Assembly: GCA_945876185.1 (NCBI GenBank)
Contig: CAMCMZ010000011.1
Coordinates: forward strand, 3,275 to 67,274
Source: Candidatus Kuenenia stuttgartensis
GTDB taxonomy: Bacteria > Planctomycetota > UBA11346
Direction: 5' to 3'
DNA: 64,000 bases
In this document: piece after piece, positions 42,735-52,294 of the stretch
Numbering within the stretch: the stretch's first letter is position 1
Layout of the letters: the number at the start of each line of letters is the position of its first letter
Translations under genes and position numbers: made by a program
The notes under the pieces: generated by a model
What the model was told of the DNA's origin: nothing
Seen by the model: the letters and a program-made list of their open reading frames with translations, nothing else
The model's database searches: none

Positions 42735-44546
42735 ATGTCCACCCGCGAACAAATGTCCATCGTCATCGTCGGCCACGTCGACCACGGCAAGAGCACCGTG
42801 GTCGGGCGCCTCTTCGCCGACACCGGCAGTCTGCCGGACGGCAAATTGGCCGCAGTACGGGCGGAATGCGAACGCACCGGCAAGGTGTTCGAGTACGCCT
42901 TCCTGCTTGATGCGCTGACTGATGAACAAGACCAGGGCATCACCATCGACACCGCGCGCTGCTTCTTCAAGACGCAGCGGCGCGACTACGTGATCATCGA
43001 CGCGCCCGGCCACATCGAGTTCCTCAAGAACATGATCTCGGGCGCCGCGCGCGCCGAGGCTGCGGTGCTGGTGATCGACGCGAAGGAGGGCGTGCGCGAG
43101 AACTCGCGCCGGCACGGCTGGCTGCTCGGCATGCTCGGCGTGCGCCAGGTCGTGGTCTGCGTCAACAAGATGGATCTGGCCGACTGGCGTGAAGACCGCT
43201 TCGCGTCGATCGAGAAGGAATACCGCGAATTCCTCGCCGGCATCGGCGCCCCGCCGCCGGTGCGCTTCATCCCGATCGCCGCCCTGCACGGCGCCAACCT
43301 GGCGACCAAGGGCAGCGAGATGCCCTGGTACACCGGGCCGACGCTGCTCGAAACCCTCGACGGCTTCACCAAGTCACCAGCAGCGCAGCACCGGCCGCTC
43401 CGCCTGCCGGTGCAGGCGGTCTACAAGTTCACGGATGGCGGCGACGACCGCCGCATCGTCGCCGGACGGATCGAGTCGGGATCCGTCACGGTGGGCGATG
43501 AGGTGGTGTTCAGTCCATCGAACAAACGCGCACGCATCCGCTCGATCGAATCTTTCAACACGACCGAGCGCACTCGCGTCTGCGCCGGCCATTCGACCGG
43601 ATTCACCCTCGATACCGAGATCTTCGTCACGCGCGGCGAGATCATGAGCCGGGTCGACAGCGCGCCGCAGGTCGGCACGCGCCTGCGCGCCAACCTGGTC
43701 TGGCTCGGGCGCAAGCCGATGGAGACCAGCCGCGACTACAAGATCAAGCTCCACACCGCCGCCCTGCCGGTGCGCATCCATCGCCTGATCTCGGTGCGCG
43801 ATGCCTCGACGCTCGACCCGGGCGCGGGCGCCGACCGCATCGGACGTCACGAAGTCGCCGATGTGGAGCTGGAGACCCGTCAGCCGGTCGCGTTCGACCT
43901 GGCGGAGCAGGACCAGGCGACCGGGCGCTTCGTCATCGTCGATGGATTCGACATCGCCGGCGGTGGCATCATCACCGCTACCGTGGCCGACGATCAGGAG
44001 GGCTTCCGCCTGGAGTCGCGCCTGCGCGATTTCCGCTGGATTTCTGGCGGCGTTTCGCCGTCTGAACGCCGCGCGTTGTTCCACCATGCGCCGGCCCTGG
44101 TGCTGTTCACCGGCAAGCACGGCGTCGGCAAGCACCGCTATGCACGCGCGCTCGAACAGGCGCTCTTCCGCGCCCGCATCGCCACGTACCTGCTCGACGG
44201 CGCCAACCTGCTGCTGGGCGTCGGCAACGATCTCGCGGCCGAATCAGCCCGGCACGAACTGGTGCGCCGCTTCGGCGAAATCGCCCACCTGCTGACCGAT
44301 GCCGGCCTGGTGGTGGTGTCGACCAGCAACGCCATCGGGTTGTCAGACCATGCCAGCGTGCGCACCCTGCTGGGTGACCGCCCCCTGCTGACCATCGACA
44401 TCGATCCCGCCGGCACCGCGACCAGCGACTGCGACCTGCGCCTGCGCGGCGACGAATCCGAACTGACCGTGGTGACCCGGATCACCGGCCTGCTGCGCGA
44501 TCGCGGCGTGATCGGGCTGAACGACACCACCCACACCGACCTCTGA
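42735..44546 (+). CDS. cysN: Sulfate adenylyltransferase subunit 1 (GTPase) fused to a divergent APS-kinase-like domain
   Basis: GTPase motifs are [14 protein letters not shown] and NKMD. The C-terminal ~170 aa aligns with CysC ([15 protein letters not shown].. / YLLDGANLL / [11 protein letters not shown]) but differs at catalytic-motif positions. Confidence 0.85.
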   Translation: MSTREQMSIVIVGHVDHGKSTVVGRLFADTGSLPDGKLAAVRAECERTGKVFEYAFLLDALTDEQDQGITIDTARCFFKTQRRDYVIIDAPGHIEFLKNMISGAARAEAAVLVIDAKEGVRENSRRHGWLLGMLGVRQVVVCVNKMDLADWREDRFASIEKEYREFLAGIGAPPPVRFIPIAALHGANLATKGSEMPWYTGPTLLETLDGFTKSPAAQHRPLRLPVQAVYKFTDGGDDRRIVAGRIESGSVTVGDEVVFSPSNKRARIRSIESFNTTERTRVCAGHSTGFTLDTEIFVTRGEIMSRVDSAPQVGTRLRANLVWLGRKPMETSRDYKIKLHTAALPVRIHRLISVRDASTLDPGAGADRIGRHEVADVELETRQPVAFDLAEQDQATGRFVIVDGFDIAGGGIITATVADDQEGFRLESRLRDFRWISGGVSPSERRALFHHAPALVLFTGKHGVGKHRYARALEQALFRARIATYLLDGANLLLGVGNDLAAESARHELVRRFGEIAHLLTDAGLVVVSTSNAIGLSDHASVRTLLGDRPLLTIDIDPAGTATSDCDLRLRGDESELTVVTRITGLLRDRGVIGLNDTTHTDL

Positions 44547-44547
44547 C

Positions 44548-45771
44548 GTGGATGCGATCATTCTCATCGGGCACGGCAGCACAGTCGCGGGCGCGAGTCG
44601 CGACATGCAGCGCGTGGTCGCCGCCCTGACCCGGCGCGACCGCCCGGTGCAGTTCTGCTTCGTCGATCAGGCGGCCGAACGGCTGCCGGCGCTGGTGGCC
44701 GAGCTGGCCACTACCGGCGTCACCCATGTGGTGGTGCTGCCGTGGCTCTTGCAGCTGGGCAAGCATCTGCGCGAGGACATCCCGCGCGCGATTGCGGCAA
44801 CATTCCTCTCGACGCCGGAGGTCGCGGTGGCGCTCGCGGATCCGCTCGGCTTCGATGAAACGTTGGTGCAATTGGCGGAGCGGCGCGTGGCAGAAGCGCA
44901 GCTTTCGGTTGCGAAACTTTCGGCTGCGCAGGTTTTTGCTACGAAGGTTTCGGCTGCGCAGCATGAGTCAGCACAGCTTGGATCCGGAACCGCCACTACC
45001 CCCGGCAGCGTCACCGTGCATCTGGTCGGCGCCGGTCCCGGCGATCCCGGCATGGTGACGGTGCGCGCGAGAGAACTCATCGCCACCTGCGATTGCCTGA
45101 TCTACGACCGCCTTGTCGCCCCGGAACTGCTCGCCCTCGTGCCTGCCAAGGCCGAGCGCCACGAGGTCGGCAAGACCGGCTGGGGACCGGGCCGGGGCCA
45201 GGCCGATATCAATCAGTTGATCGTTGCGTGCGGCCGACGCTTCCGCCGCGTGGTGCGCCTGAAAGGCGGCGATCCGCTGGTCTTCGGCCGGGGTGGAGAA
45301 GAGCTCGCCGCCCTGGCCGAGGCCGGCCTGCCCGCCGAGGTCGTGCCCGGCGTCACCAGCGCGCTCGGGGCCGCCGCCGCGTTGCAGTTGCCGCTGACGC
45401 TGCGACGCAGCGCCTCGACGCTCGCCTTCGCCACCGGTCACGGTTGCGTCGATGGCCACGTGCCCGACTTCAAGGCGCTCGCCGGCATCGACACCCTGGC
45501 GCTCTACATGGGCCTGCGGCAGTTGCCGGAACTGTGCGCCAGCCTGATCGCGCACGGCCGGCCAGCGACGACCCCAGCCTGCGCCATCGAGTGGGCGACC
45601 CGACCGAATCAGCGCGTGGTGGAATGCACCCTGGCCGATCTGGCGCAGCGCGTGCAGGAGGCTGGGCTTGCTTCGCCGACGCTGGTGGTGGTGGGCGAAG
45701 TGGTGCGCGAACGCATCCGAGTCGCTGCCGTGCGCGCGGCGGTGGACTCCGAAGCGACGCAAGAAACCTGA
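44548..45771 (+). CDS. Fusion: CbiX/SirB-type sirohydrochlorin chelatase + uroporphyrinogen-III C-methyltransferase
   Basis: The N-terminus AIILIGHGSTVAGASRDM...VVVLPWLLQLGKHLREDIP is CbiX-like. The C-terminus VHLVGAGPGDPGMVTVRA...LKGGDPLVFGRGGEE...VPGVTSA is SUMT/CobA. The start is GTG, 1 nt after the cysN stop. Confidence 0.8.
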   Translation: MDAIILIGHGSTVAGASRDMQRVVAALTRRDRPVQFCFVDQAAERLPALVAELATTGVTHVVVLPWLLQLGKHLREDIPRAIAATFLSTPEVAVALADPLGFDETLVQLAERRVAEAQLSVAKLSAAQVFATKVSAAQHESAQLGSGTATTPGSVTVHLVGAGPGDPGMVTVRARELIATCDCLIYDRLVAPELLALVPAKAERHEVGKTGWGPGRGQADINQLIVACGRRFRRVVRLKGGDPLVFGRGGEELAALAEAGLPAEVVPGVTSALGAAAALQLPLTLRRSASTLAFATGHGCVDGHVPDFKALAGIDTLALYMGLRQLPELCASLIAHGRPATTPACAIEWATRPNQRVVECTLADLAQRVQEAGLASPTLVVVGEVVRERIRVAAVRAAVDSEATQET

Positions 45772-45775
45772 CGCG

Positions 45776-46639
45776 ATGGCCAGGGTGGTCATCCTGGGCT
45801 GCGGCCGGCTTGGGGCAGCCGTGGGGGCGCAACTCGCCGCAGCCGGGCACCAGGTCGTCGGCGTGCGCCGGTCAGTTGGGGGAAATCCCGGGTTTCCACT
45901 CCTGATTGGCGATCTCAGCGACGCGGATGCGCTCGCCGGACTGCCCCGAGCCGACGTCATCCTGCTCGCGGCGACGCCGGGCCTGCGCCGGGGCCGCGAC
46001 CACGGCCTTGCGATCGGTGTCGGGCTGCTCAACCGCCTGCAACCCCAGGCGCGCCTCGTCTACACCAGCACCACCGCCGTCTATGCCGACGCGGGCGGGG
46101 GGTGGGTCGACGAATCCGGAGCAGTGGGCGGTGACGACGCCGTGCGCGCCCTGCTCGCCATCGAAGCCGCCGTGCTGGAGCGCGCTGATTTCCTCGTCCT
46201 GCGCTGCCCAGCCCTGACCGGGCCCGGACGCGGCGCGGCTGCCAAGGTCGCCACCGGTGCAGTGACCATCGCCGGCGATCCGCTGCGGCCGTGTTCCCAT
46301 ATCGATGCCGGCGATCTGGCCGCCGTCTGCGTCCACTCCCTCCTGGATGACCGCGGGATCGGGCGGCAGCGGGGCATCCTGAACGCCGCGCATCCGCAGC
46401 CGGTCGCGATCCAGGACCTGTACCTTGCCTGCGCACGTGAACTCGGTGTTGCCTGCACTATCACCAGCAACACCACCGGCATCACCATCGGCGACACGCA
46501 ACCGGTGCGCAGCCTGCGCGTGGATGCGCGCCGGCTGCACGCACTGCTGCCTGACCTTTCCTGGCACGCGATTGCCTCGACGTTGCCGTCCTCCACCGTG
46601 CCCTTTCCCAAGGAATTACCATGCATTTCGACACTCTGA
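45776..46639 (+). CDS. NAD(P)-binding Rossmann-fold protein (SDR/epimerase-like)
   Basis: The N-terminus MARVVILGCGRLGAAVGAQLAAAGHQVVGVRRS contains GxGxxG, and RLVYTSTTAVYAD is epimerase-like. The function is unassigned. Confidence 0.6.
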   Translation: MARVVILGCGRLGAAVGAQLAAAGHQVVGVRRSVGGNPGFPLLIGDLSDADALAGLPRADVILLAATPGLRRGRDHGLAIGVGLLNRLQPQARLVYTSTTAVYADAGGGWVDESGAVGGDDAVRALLAIEAAVLERADFLVLRCPALTGPGRGAAAKVATGAVTIAGDPLRPCSHIDAGDLAAVCVHSLLDDRGIGRQRGILNAAHPQPVAIQDLYLACARELGVACTITSNTTGITIGDTQPVRSLRVDARRLHALLPDLSWHAIASTLPSSTVPFPKELPCISTL

Positions 46640-47763
46640 CCATCCACGCCGGACCCCAGGCCGATCCCGCCTTCGGCGCGGTGATGCCGCCGATCTACCA
46701 GGTCTCGACCTTCGCCTTCAAGGGCGTCAAGCAGCCGGGGCCGTTCGACTACTCGCGTTCAGGCAACCCGACCCGCCGGGTGCTGGAAGACACCCTCGCC
46801 GCGCTGGACAACGGCACGCGCGGCTTCGCCTTCGCCACTGGCATGGCCGCTGAGGCGACGGTACTCGCGCTGCTGTCATCCGGCGACCACCTGATCATCC
46901 ATGATGACCTGTACGGCGGCACCTATCGCCTCGCCACCGCCGTCACCGCGCGCCAGGGCGTCGCGGTCGAGTTCGTCAACCTGCGCGACCCGGCCGCGCT
47001 CGCACGCGCGATCCGGCCGAACACCCGGATGATCTGGCTCGAATCGGTGACCAATCCGCTCATGAACGTGCTGGACCTCGCCGCCGTCGCGGCGGTGGCG
47101 AAGCCCAAGGGGATCACCACCGTCTGTGACAATACCTTCCTGTCGCCCTGCGGCGTCAAACCGCTCGACCTTGGCATCGACATCGTCCTGCATTCGACCA
47201 CCAAGTACCTCAACGGCCATTCCGACGTGGTCGGCGGTGCGGCGGTGGTGCGCGACGCGAAATTCGCGGAACAGCTCTTCAACCTGCAGAACACCATGGG
47301 GACGTGCGCAGGGCCGCAGGACAGCTACTTGGTGCTGCGCGGCATCCGCACCCTGCCGTTACGCATGGAACGCCACCACAGCAACGCGCTGGCAGTGGCG
47401 GCGTTTCTCGAAACCCACCCCAAGATCAGCCGGGTCCTGCATCCCGGACTCGCCAGCCATCCGCAGCACGACCTAGCCAAGCGGCAGTTCCGCAATTTCG
47501 GCGGCACGTTCTCGTTCAAGGTCAAGGGCGGCGAAGAAGCCGTCTTCCGCCTGCTCACTGCGGTGAAGCTGCACATTCTTGCCGAATCGCTGGGTGGCGT
47601 CGAATCCCTCATCGAACACCCGTGGACGATGACCCATGTCTCCATGCCCGAGGACGCTCGCGCCGCCGCCGGCATCACCAAGGACCTGGTCCGCATCTCG
47701 GTCGGGCTTGAACACATCGACGACCTGATCGCAGACCTGAAGCAGGCGCTCGACCAGGTCTGA
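46621..47763 (+). CDS. Cys/Met-metabolism PLP enzyme (cystathionine gamma-synthase / beta-lyase / O-acylhomoserine sulfhydrylase family)
   Basis: Segments TLTIHAG, YSRSGNPTR and the PLP lysine motif HSTTKYLNGHSDVVGG are present. It overlaps the previous gene by 19 nt. Confidence 0.85.
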   Translation: MHFDTLTIHAGPQADPAFGAVMPPIYQVSTFAFKGVKQPGPFDYSRSGNPTRRVLEDTLAALDNGTRGFAFATGMAAEATVLALLSSGDHLIIHDDLYGGTYRLATAVTARQGVAVEFVNLRDPAALARAIRPNTRMIWLESVTNPLMNVLDLAAVAAVAKPKGITTVCDNTFLSPCGVKPLDLGIDIVLHSTTKYLNGHSDVVGGAAVVRDAKFAEQLFNLQNTMGTCAGPQDSYLVLRGIRTLPLRMERHHSNALAVAAFLETHPKISRVLHPGLASHPQHDLAKRQFRNFGGTFSFKVKGGEEAVFRLLTAVKLHILAESLGGVESLIEHPWTMTHVSMPEDARAAAGITKDLVRISVGLEHIDDLIADLKQALDQV

Positions 47764-47884
47764 GGGGTCGACCCGGCCGGCGGGACGCCCTCCTCTCTGC
47801 CCGCCTTGCGCAGTCACTGATCCGCCCTGGATCAGCTTCCCGGCGGGGGGTTGCCTGGATTGCCCGTGCTACTTCAATGCCGCC

Positions 47885-49771
47885 ATGTTCGAGTTGGTCT
47901 TCCTGAGCGGACCCAAGGCGGGAGTGGTGGTTCCGATCGACAAGCCGCTTGTGGCTGGTCGCAGCCCGGACTGTTCTCTTGAAGTTCCCGATCCGAACGC
48001 CAGCCGGCAGCATGCGCGCATCCAGATGGACGGGACCGGGGTCGTCTTCACCGACAACAACTCGTCCAACGGGACCTGGATCAACGACCAGCGCATCAGC
48101 AGCGTGATCGGCAAGCCCGGCGACGTGCTGCGCCTGGGCGAAACGAAGCTGCGCCTGCAGCAGCGCCAGGCGACGAACAATGAAGAGGTCGGCTCGAGTT
48201 CGGTCTTCGGCTTCAAGGAGGTCGAAGCCGACCTCAGCCAGTCGATCGTCCTGCCGGTTGCCGACGCGGCCCCGATCGAACGCGGCCCCGAGGTCATCGG
48301 CCAGCGCCTCGCCGCGGTGCTCAAGGTCTCGAAAGCCCTGGTCAACATCAGCAATCTCGACCAGGTGCTCAACGACATCCTCGACACCCTGTTTGAGGTC
48401 TTCCCCCAGGCCGACCGTGGCTTCATCATGCTGGGCGCCGAGGTCAGCCGGCTTGAGGCCAAGGCGATCCGCCAGCGCAATCCGCGCGGCGATGAACTGC
48501 CCACGGTGTCGAATTCGATCTGCCGCCGGGCCCTGACCAGCAAGAGCGCGTTCATCTTCAATGAAGGCGCGCAGAACGACTTCGACCAGGGCCTGTCGAT
48601 CGTCTCGCTCAAGATCCGCAGCGCGATGACGGTGCCGCTGATGGTCGAAAGCGAGATCCAGGGGCTGGTCCAGATCGACACGCCCGACCGCAACCGCGCC
48701 TTCGCCGCCGAGGACCTCGAACTCGCCCTCGCCATCGCCCAGACTGCCGCCATCGCCATCCACAACGCGAAGATGCTGAAGCGGCTGGAGCGCGAGACCA
48801 CCACGCGCCAGAACCTCTGCCGCTTCCTGCCGGGTCCGCTCGCCGAGCAGGCGATGGCCGGGCAGCTCGATCTCGGCCTCGGCGGCCGGACCTATCCGGG
48901 CACCATCCTGTTCAGCGACGTGGTCGGCTTCACCCGCCTCACCGAGTCGCTTCCGCCAGGCGAGGTCGTCGCCCTGATGAACGGCTACTTCGACCGCATG
49001 GTGCCGTGCATCCTACGCGATGGCGGCGCGATCGATAAATTCATCGGCGACGCGATCATGGCCTTTTGGGGCGTGCCGATCGATCGCGGCGATTCCGCCC
49101 TGCACGCCTGCGCCGCCGGGCTGGGCATGCAGATCGGCCTGATCGGCTTCAACAGCCTGCAGGCGGCGCGTGGCAAGACCCTGCTCAGCCACGGCATCGG
49201 CATCAACAGCGGGCCGGTGGTCGCCGGCAACATCGGTTCGTCGTCCTCGCAGATCAGCTACACCCTGCTCGGCGACACCGTGAACACCGCCTCGCGCATC
49301 GAGCACGCGGCAAATCCAGGGCAGGTGCTGATCGCGCACGACACCATGGAACAACTCGGCGGACGCGGCTTCGGTCTGCGCATGCCGCCGCTGAGCGCAC
49401 GCAACAAGAGCGAACCGCTCCAGGTCTTCAGCCTGCGCGGGCTCAAGCATTCCGGCGAAGAAGTCGTTCTCTACCTGCCTGCCACCTCGGGCCCGCACGC
49501 GGTGGTGCTGATCCGCCGCCTGTCCGACCTGAGCTTCATCGCGCTGCACCCGCAGGGCTGCGATCTGGGCGCGGCCGACCTGGTCACCGCGACCGCTGAC
49601 TGGCCCAAGGTCGTGCTCGGCCGGCCCCAGGTGACGGCGGTGCTGCCAACCCAGGCCGGCGATGGCCACCTGCTGCGCGGCCAATTCAAGCTCCCTGATG
49701 CGACCCTGGCCGGGCTGATTTCCAACCAGCCGCTGACCTGCCCGGTCGGTTGGGACGCGCTGGTGCGGTGA
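47885..49771 (+). CDS. FHA domain - GAF domain - class III adenylate/guanylate cyclase with an uncharacterised C-terminal extension
   Basis: The FHA domain is GRSPDCSLEVPDPNASRQHARI...SSNGTWIND and the GAF-like region is LKVSKALVNISNLDQVLNDIL. The cyclase core is ILFSDVVGFTRLTE...KFIGDAIMAFWG...GDTVNTASRIE. About 140 aa follow with no motif I can assign. Confidence 0.85.
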   Translation: MFELVFLSGPKAGVVVPIDKPLVAGRSPDCSLEVPDPNASRQHARIQMDGTGVVFTDNNSSNGTWINDQRISSVIGKPGDVLRLGETKLRLQQRQATNNEEVGSSSVFGFKEVEADLSQSIVLPVADAAPIERGPEVIGQRLAAVLKVSKALVNISNLDQVLNDILDTLFEVFPQADRGFIMLGAEVSRLEAKAIRQRNPRGDELPTVSNSICRRALTSKSAFIFNEGAQNDFDQGLSIVSLKIRSAMTVPLMVESEIQGLVQIDTPDRNRAFAAEDLELALAIAQTAAIAIHNAKMLKRLERETTTRQNLCRFLPGPLAEQAMAGQLDLGLGGRTYPGTILFSDVVGFTRLTESLPPGEVVALMNGYFDRMVPCILRDGGAIDKFIGDAIMAFWGVPIDRGDSALHACAAGLGMQIGLIGFNSLQAARGKTLLSHGIGINSGPVVAGNIGSSSSQISYTLLGDTVNTASRIEHAANPGQVLIAHDTMEQLGGRGFGLRMPPLSARNKSEPLQVFSLRGLKHSGEEVVLYLPATSGPHAVVLIRRLSDLSFIALHPQGCDLGAADLVTATADWPKVVLGRPQVTAVLPTQAGDGHLLRGQFKLPDATLAGLISNQPLTCPVGWDALVR

Positions 49772-49782
49772 GCGGACACGTC

Positions 49783-50601
49783 ATGGATCCCCAGCCCATT
49801 CCGACGCGTTCCGAGAGCTGGCTGGCCGAAATCGTGCGCAGCATGCAGGCGGCCGAGCAGGTGGCGCTCGCGCGCGACCTCGACCCCGAAGACGAGGACC
49901 ACGAATGGTTCCTCTGCGTGGCCGAGGAGGCCGTGCGCCTCGCCCGTGCCGCGCGTGGCATTGAAGAACCTTTCGCTGATCCCGACGCCAGCATGGACGA
50001 GGTCACCGACCTCACGGTGGAACTCCGGCGCCAGGCTCCGGGCGATCCTGACAACCACCACATCAACGAACTCCAGCATTTCCTCCTGTATTACCTCGCC
50101 GCCCACGTCCATGCCGACCTTCTGCCAGCGCCGGCGGCGGGCGCGGTGGTGCATGCCTGCTGGCTCGCCCCGGTGCCGGGCGCAGATGACGACGAGGATG
50201 AAGACGCGACCGAAGTCTGGCCTATCGCCAATCCGCCCCCGGAATCCGTCCAGGCCTGGATCGATGAACTGTTGGAGGTGTGGCCATCGTGCCAGCCGGC
50301 CGCCGCCCCGGCCGGCAAGCCGCAGCGCAAGCTGCTTCAAGCCGCCGTTGCCGCCGCCTTGGCGCAGCGTGGCGTGACGGCCAAGCAGACGGCGACCGAG
50401 GAACTCGTCACGGTCATCAGTGGCATGGAGGCCGATCTGCGCCGCGAAGGGCCGGAGGTCGAGCGCCTGACCCGGTTCGCCCCCGCCGCTTTCGCGATCT
50501 ACTACCTCTGGACCCACATCGCGATCGGCCACGCCGACGAGGACCTGGCGATGACGGTGGTCCAGGCGATTGGGTCGCAGCTCGACGAATTCGAGGCCTG
50601 A
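49783..50601 (+). CDS. Hypothetical acidic protein
   Basis: An uninterrupted ORF begins 12 nt after the cyclase stop. It is Asp/Glu-rich and I recognise no motif. Degenerate PRE-7 follows directly after its stop. Confidence 0.5.
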   Translation: MDPQPIPTRSESWLAEIVRSMQAAEQVALARDLDPEDEDHEWFLCVAEEAVRLARAARGIEEPFADPDASMDEVTDLTVELRRQAPGDPDNHHINELQHFLLYYLAAHVHADLLPAPAAGAVVHACWLAPVPGADDDEDEDATEVWPIANPPPESVQAWIDELLEVWPSCQPAAAPAGKPQRKLLQAAVAAALAQRGVTAKQTATEELVTVISGMEADLRREGPEVERLTRFAPAAFAIYYLWTHIAIGHADEDLAMTVVQAIGSQLDEFEA

Positions 50602-50604
50602 ACC

Positions 50605-50697
50605 AAAAAGGGCCGTTGCGCCCCATCTGGGACCTTGGTCGTGCTCTGCTGGCGCTGCCACGGTGTCTCACCCATCTGCGGATGGTGACCGGATTTA
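50605..50697 (+). repeat. PRE-7: degenerate PRE relic
   Basis: aaaaagggccgttgcgccccatctgg..ttggtcgt..ctggcgctgccac..cacccatctgcgg retains the A-tract, ccccatctg, ttggtcgt and the central tggc-gct-gcca core. It starts 3 nt after the TGA at 50599-50601. The right arm is eroded. Confidence 0.45.
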
Positions 50698-50831
50698 TCC
50701 GGCAAGGCCTCCATTCGTGAGGCATCTCTGTCTGACGTCCGCATATCGGCGCGTCAGAAGGACAGCCCACGAAATATTATGTATCATACGATTCAACTCC
50801 CGTATCATCATGTGGTTCTGCGTTTCATCGC

Positions 50832-52169
50832 GTGGCATTGTGGTGCCTGGTCGCTCCGGTACGTTCCGGCCCAGCCAGCCATCCGGCGGCACAAGGCCTG
50901 CGGTCCGTGACCACCTCCATCCCTAATCCGGCAACTTCCTCATTTGATGAGGATTTCCGCTATGGCCAGCTCGCCATCGAAGGCCGGCTGATCACGCCGG
51001 ACCAGTTCGACGTGGCGATGGACAAGGTGAAGTCGCTGGGCAAGCCACTGGCCGAGATCCTGGTCGACGAAGGCACCGTCGACGCCCAGACCTCCGACCG
51101 GCTGACCAAGGCGCTGAAGCGCATCCTGCGCGACGAGCGCGCCAAGTCTGAGGGCGGCGTGCTGATGAAGAAGCAGATCGGCGGCTATAAGCTGGTGCGC
51201 CGGATCGGCGAAGGCGGCATGGGCGAGGTCTACCTCGCGGAACAGTTGTCGATGCACCGCACCGTCGCGCTCAAGATCCTGCACAGCAAATGGGCCGACG
51301 ATGAGGAATTCCGCAAGCGATTCCTGCTTGAGGCGCGCGCCGCCGGCAAGCTGTCGCACCAGAACCTGATTTCGGTCTACGACGTCGGCAAATACCAGGG
51401 CTATTACTACTTCGCGATGGAATTCATCGACGGCGTCACCGTCGACGACATGATTCGCCACGACGGCGTGATCCCGATTGAAAAAATCATCGACATCTGC
51501 CTTCAGGTGTGCGAGGCGCTCGAATACCTGAGCCAGCACAATATCGTCCACCGCGACATCAAGCCGGCCAACGTGATGATCACCAAGGACGGGGTGGTGA
51601 AGCTCGGCGACTTCGGGTTCATCCAGTCGGTGTGGGACAACGAACTACTGCAGGAAGGTACGACCATCGGCACGCCGGACTACATCAGTCCCGAGCAGGC
51701 CCGGGGCGAACGCAACCTCGATGTGCGCAGCGACATCTATTCGCTTGGTGCGACGCTGTTCCACATGCTGTCGGGCCAGACCCTGTTCACGGGCTCATGC
51801 TCGGCGGTGATGCGCAACCACATCGAGACCGTGCCGCCCGACATCGGCAAGCTGCGCAAGGACCTGCCCAAGGACCTGATCCGCATCCTCCAGCGCATGC
51901 TGACCAAGGATCCGATCGACCGCTACCAGACCCCGGATGAACTCATCAAGGAGTTCGAGCTGCTGAAGCTCAACGTCGCCGGGGTCGAGGGCCAGCTGCC
52001 CAGTTCGCGCAGCCAGATCATGAACGTGATCAGCGCCGAGAAGGCCCGCATCGGCCAGCTCGAACGCGAAATCGCCAATGAACGGCAGCGGACCATCCTC
52101 TTCGCCGTCCTTGCCGGCATGGGCTGGCTCGCGGCGGTGGCCTTGCTGACGCTGTGCCTGGTCCGCTGA
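50832..52169 (+). CDS. Ser/Thr protein kinase, C-terminally membrane anchored
   Basis: Kinase motifs are GEGGMGEVYLA, VALKIL, HRDIKPANVMI, DFG and GTPDYISPE. The C-terminal TM helix is ILFAVLAGMGWLAAVALLTLCLV. The N-terminal ~60 aa resembles a T2SSE_N/MshEN-like repeat. The start is uncertain: GTG 50832 or GTG 50907. Confidence 0.85.
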   Translation: MALWCLVAPVRSGPASHPAAQGLRSVTTSIPNPATSSFDEDFRYGQLAIEGRLITPDQFDVAMDKVKSLGKPLAEILVDEGTVDAQTSDRLTKALKRILRDERAKSEGGVLMKKQIGGYKLVRRIGEGGMGEVYLAEQLSMHRTVALKILHSKWADDEEFRKRFLLEARAAGKLSHQNLISVYDVGKYQGYYYFAMEFIDGVTVDDMIRHDGVIPIEKIIDICLQVCEALEYLSQHNIVHRDIKPANVMITKDGVVKLGDFGFIQSVWDNELLQEGTTIGTPDYISPEQARGERNLDVRSDIYSLGATLFHMLSGQTLFTGSCSAVMRNHIETVPPDIGKLRKDLPKDLIRILQRMLTKDPIDRYQTPDELIKEFELLKLNVAGVEGQLPSSRSQIMNVISAEKARIGQLEREIANERQRTILFAVLAGMGWLAAVALLTLCLVR

Positions 52170-52294
52170 CGCTGGCTCTCGTCCGCTGACGCGCTCCCAA
52201 GCGATCCACTGAGGCAATCACCCTGCCCCCGACCTGAGATCGGGGGGTCGACGGGGCGCGAATCGCGGTGCATCCTCCCCTACCGGAGGCCCCC

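Noticed and set aside
47780-47815. A possible ninth PRE relic just after the stop of the Cys/Met PLP enzyme (ccctcctctctgcccgccttgcgcag shares CCCGCCTTGC and a CT-rich block with PRE).
   Set aside because: Only ~10-15 nt match, with no arms and no central hairpin. It is too short to distinguish from chance in GC-rich DNA.
49440-49771. A PilZ-like reading of the cyclase C-terminal extension (VLIRRLSDLSFIAL resembling RxxxR...DxSxxG).
   Set aside because: The motif spacing and the glycine of DxSxxG are not satisfied, so I left the region unassigned.
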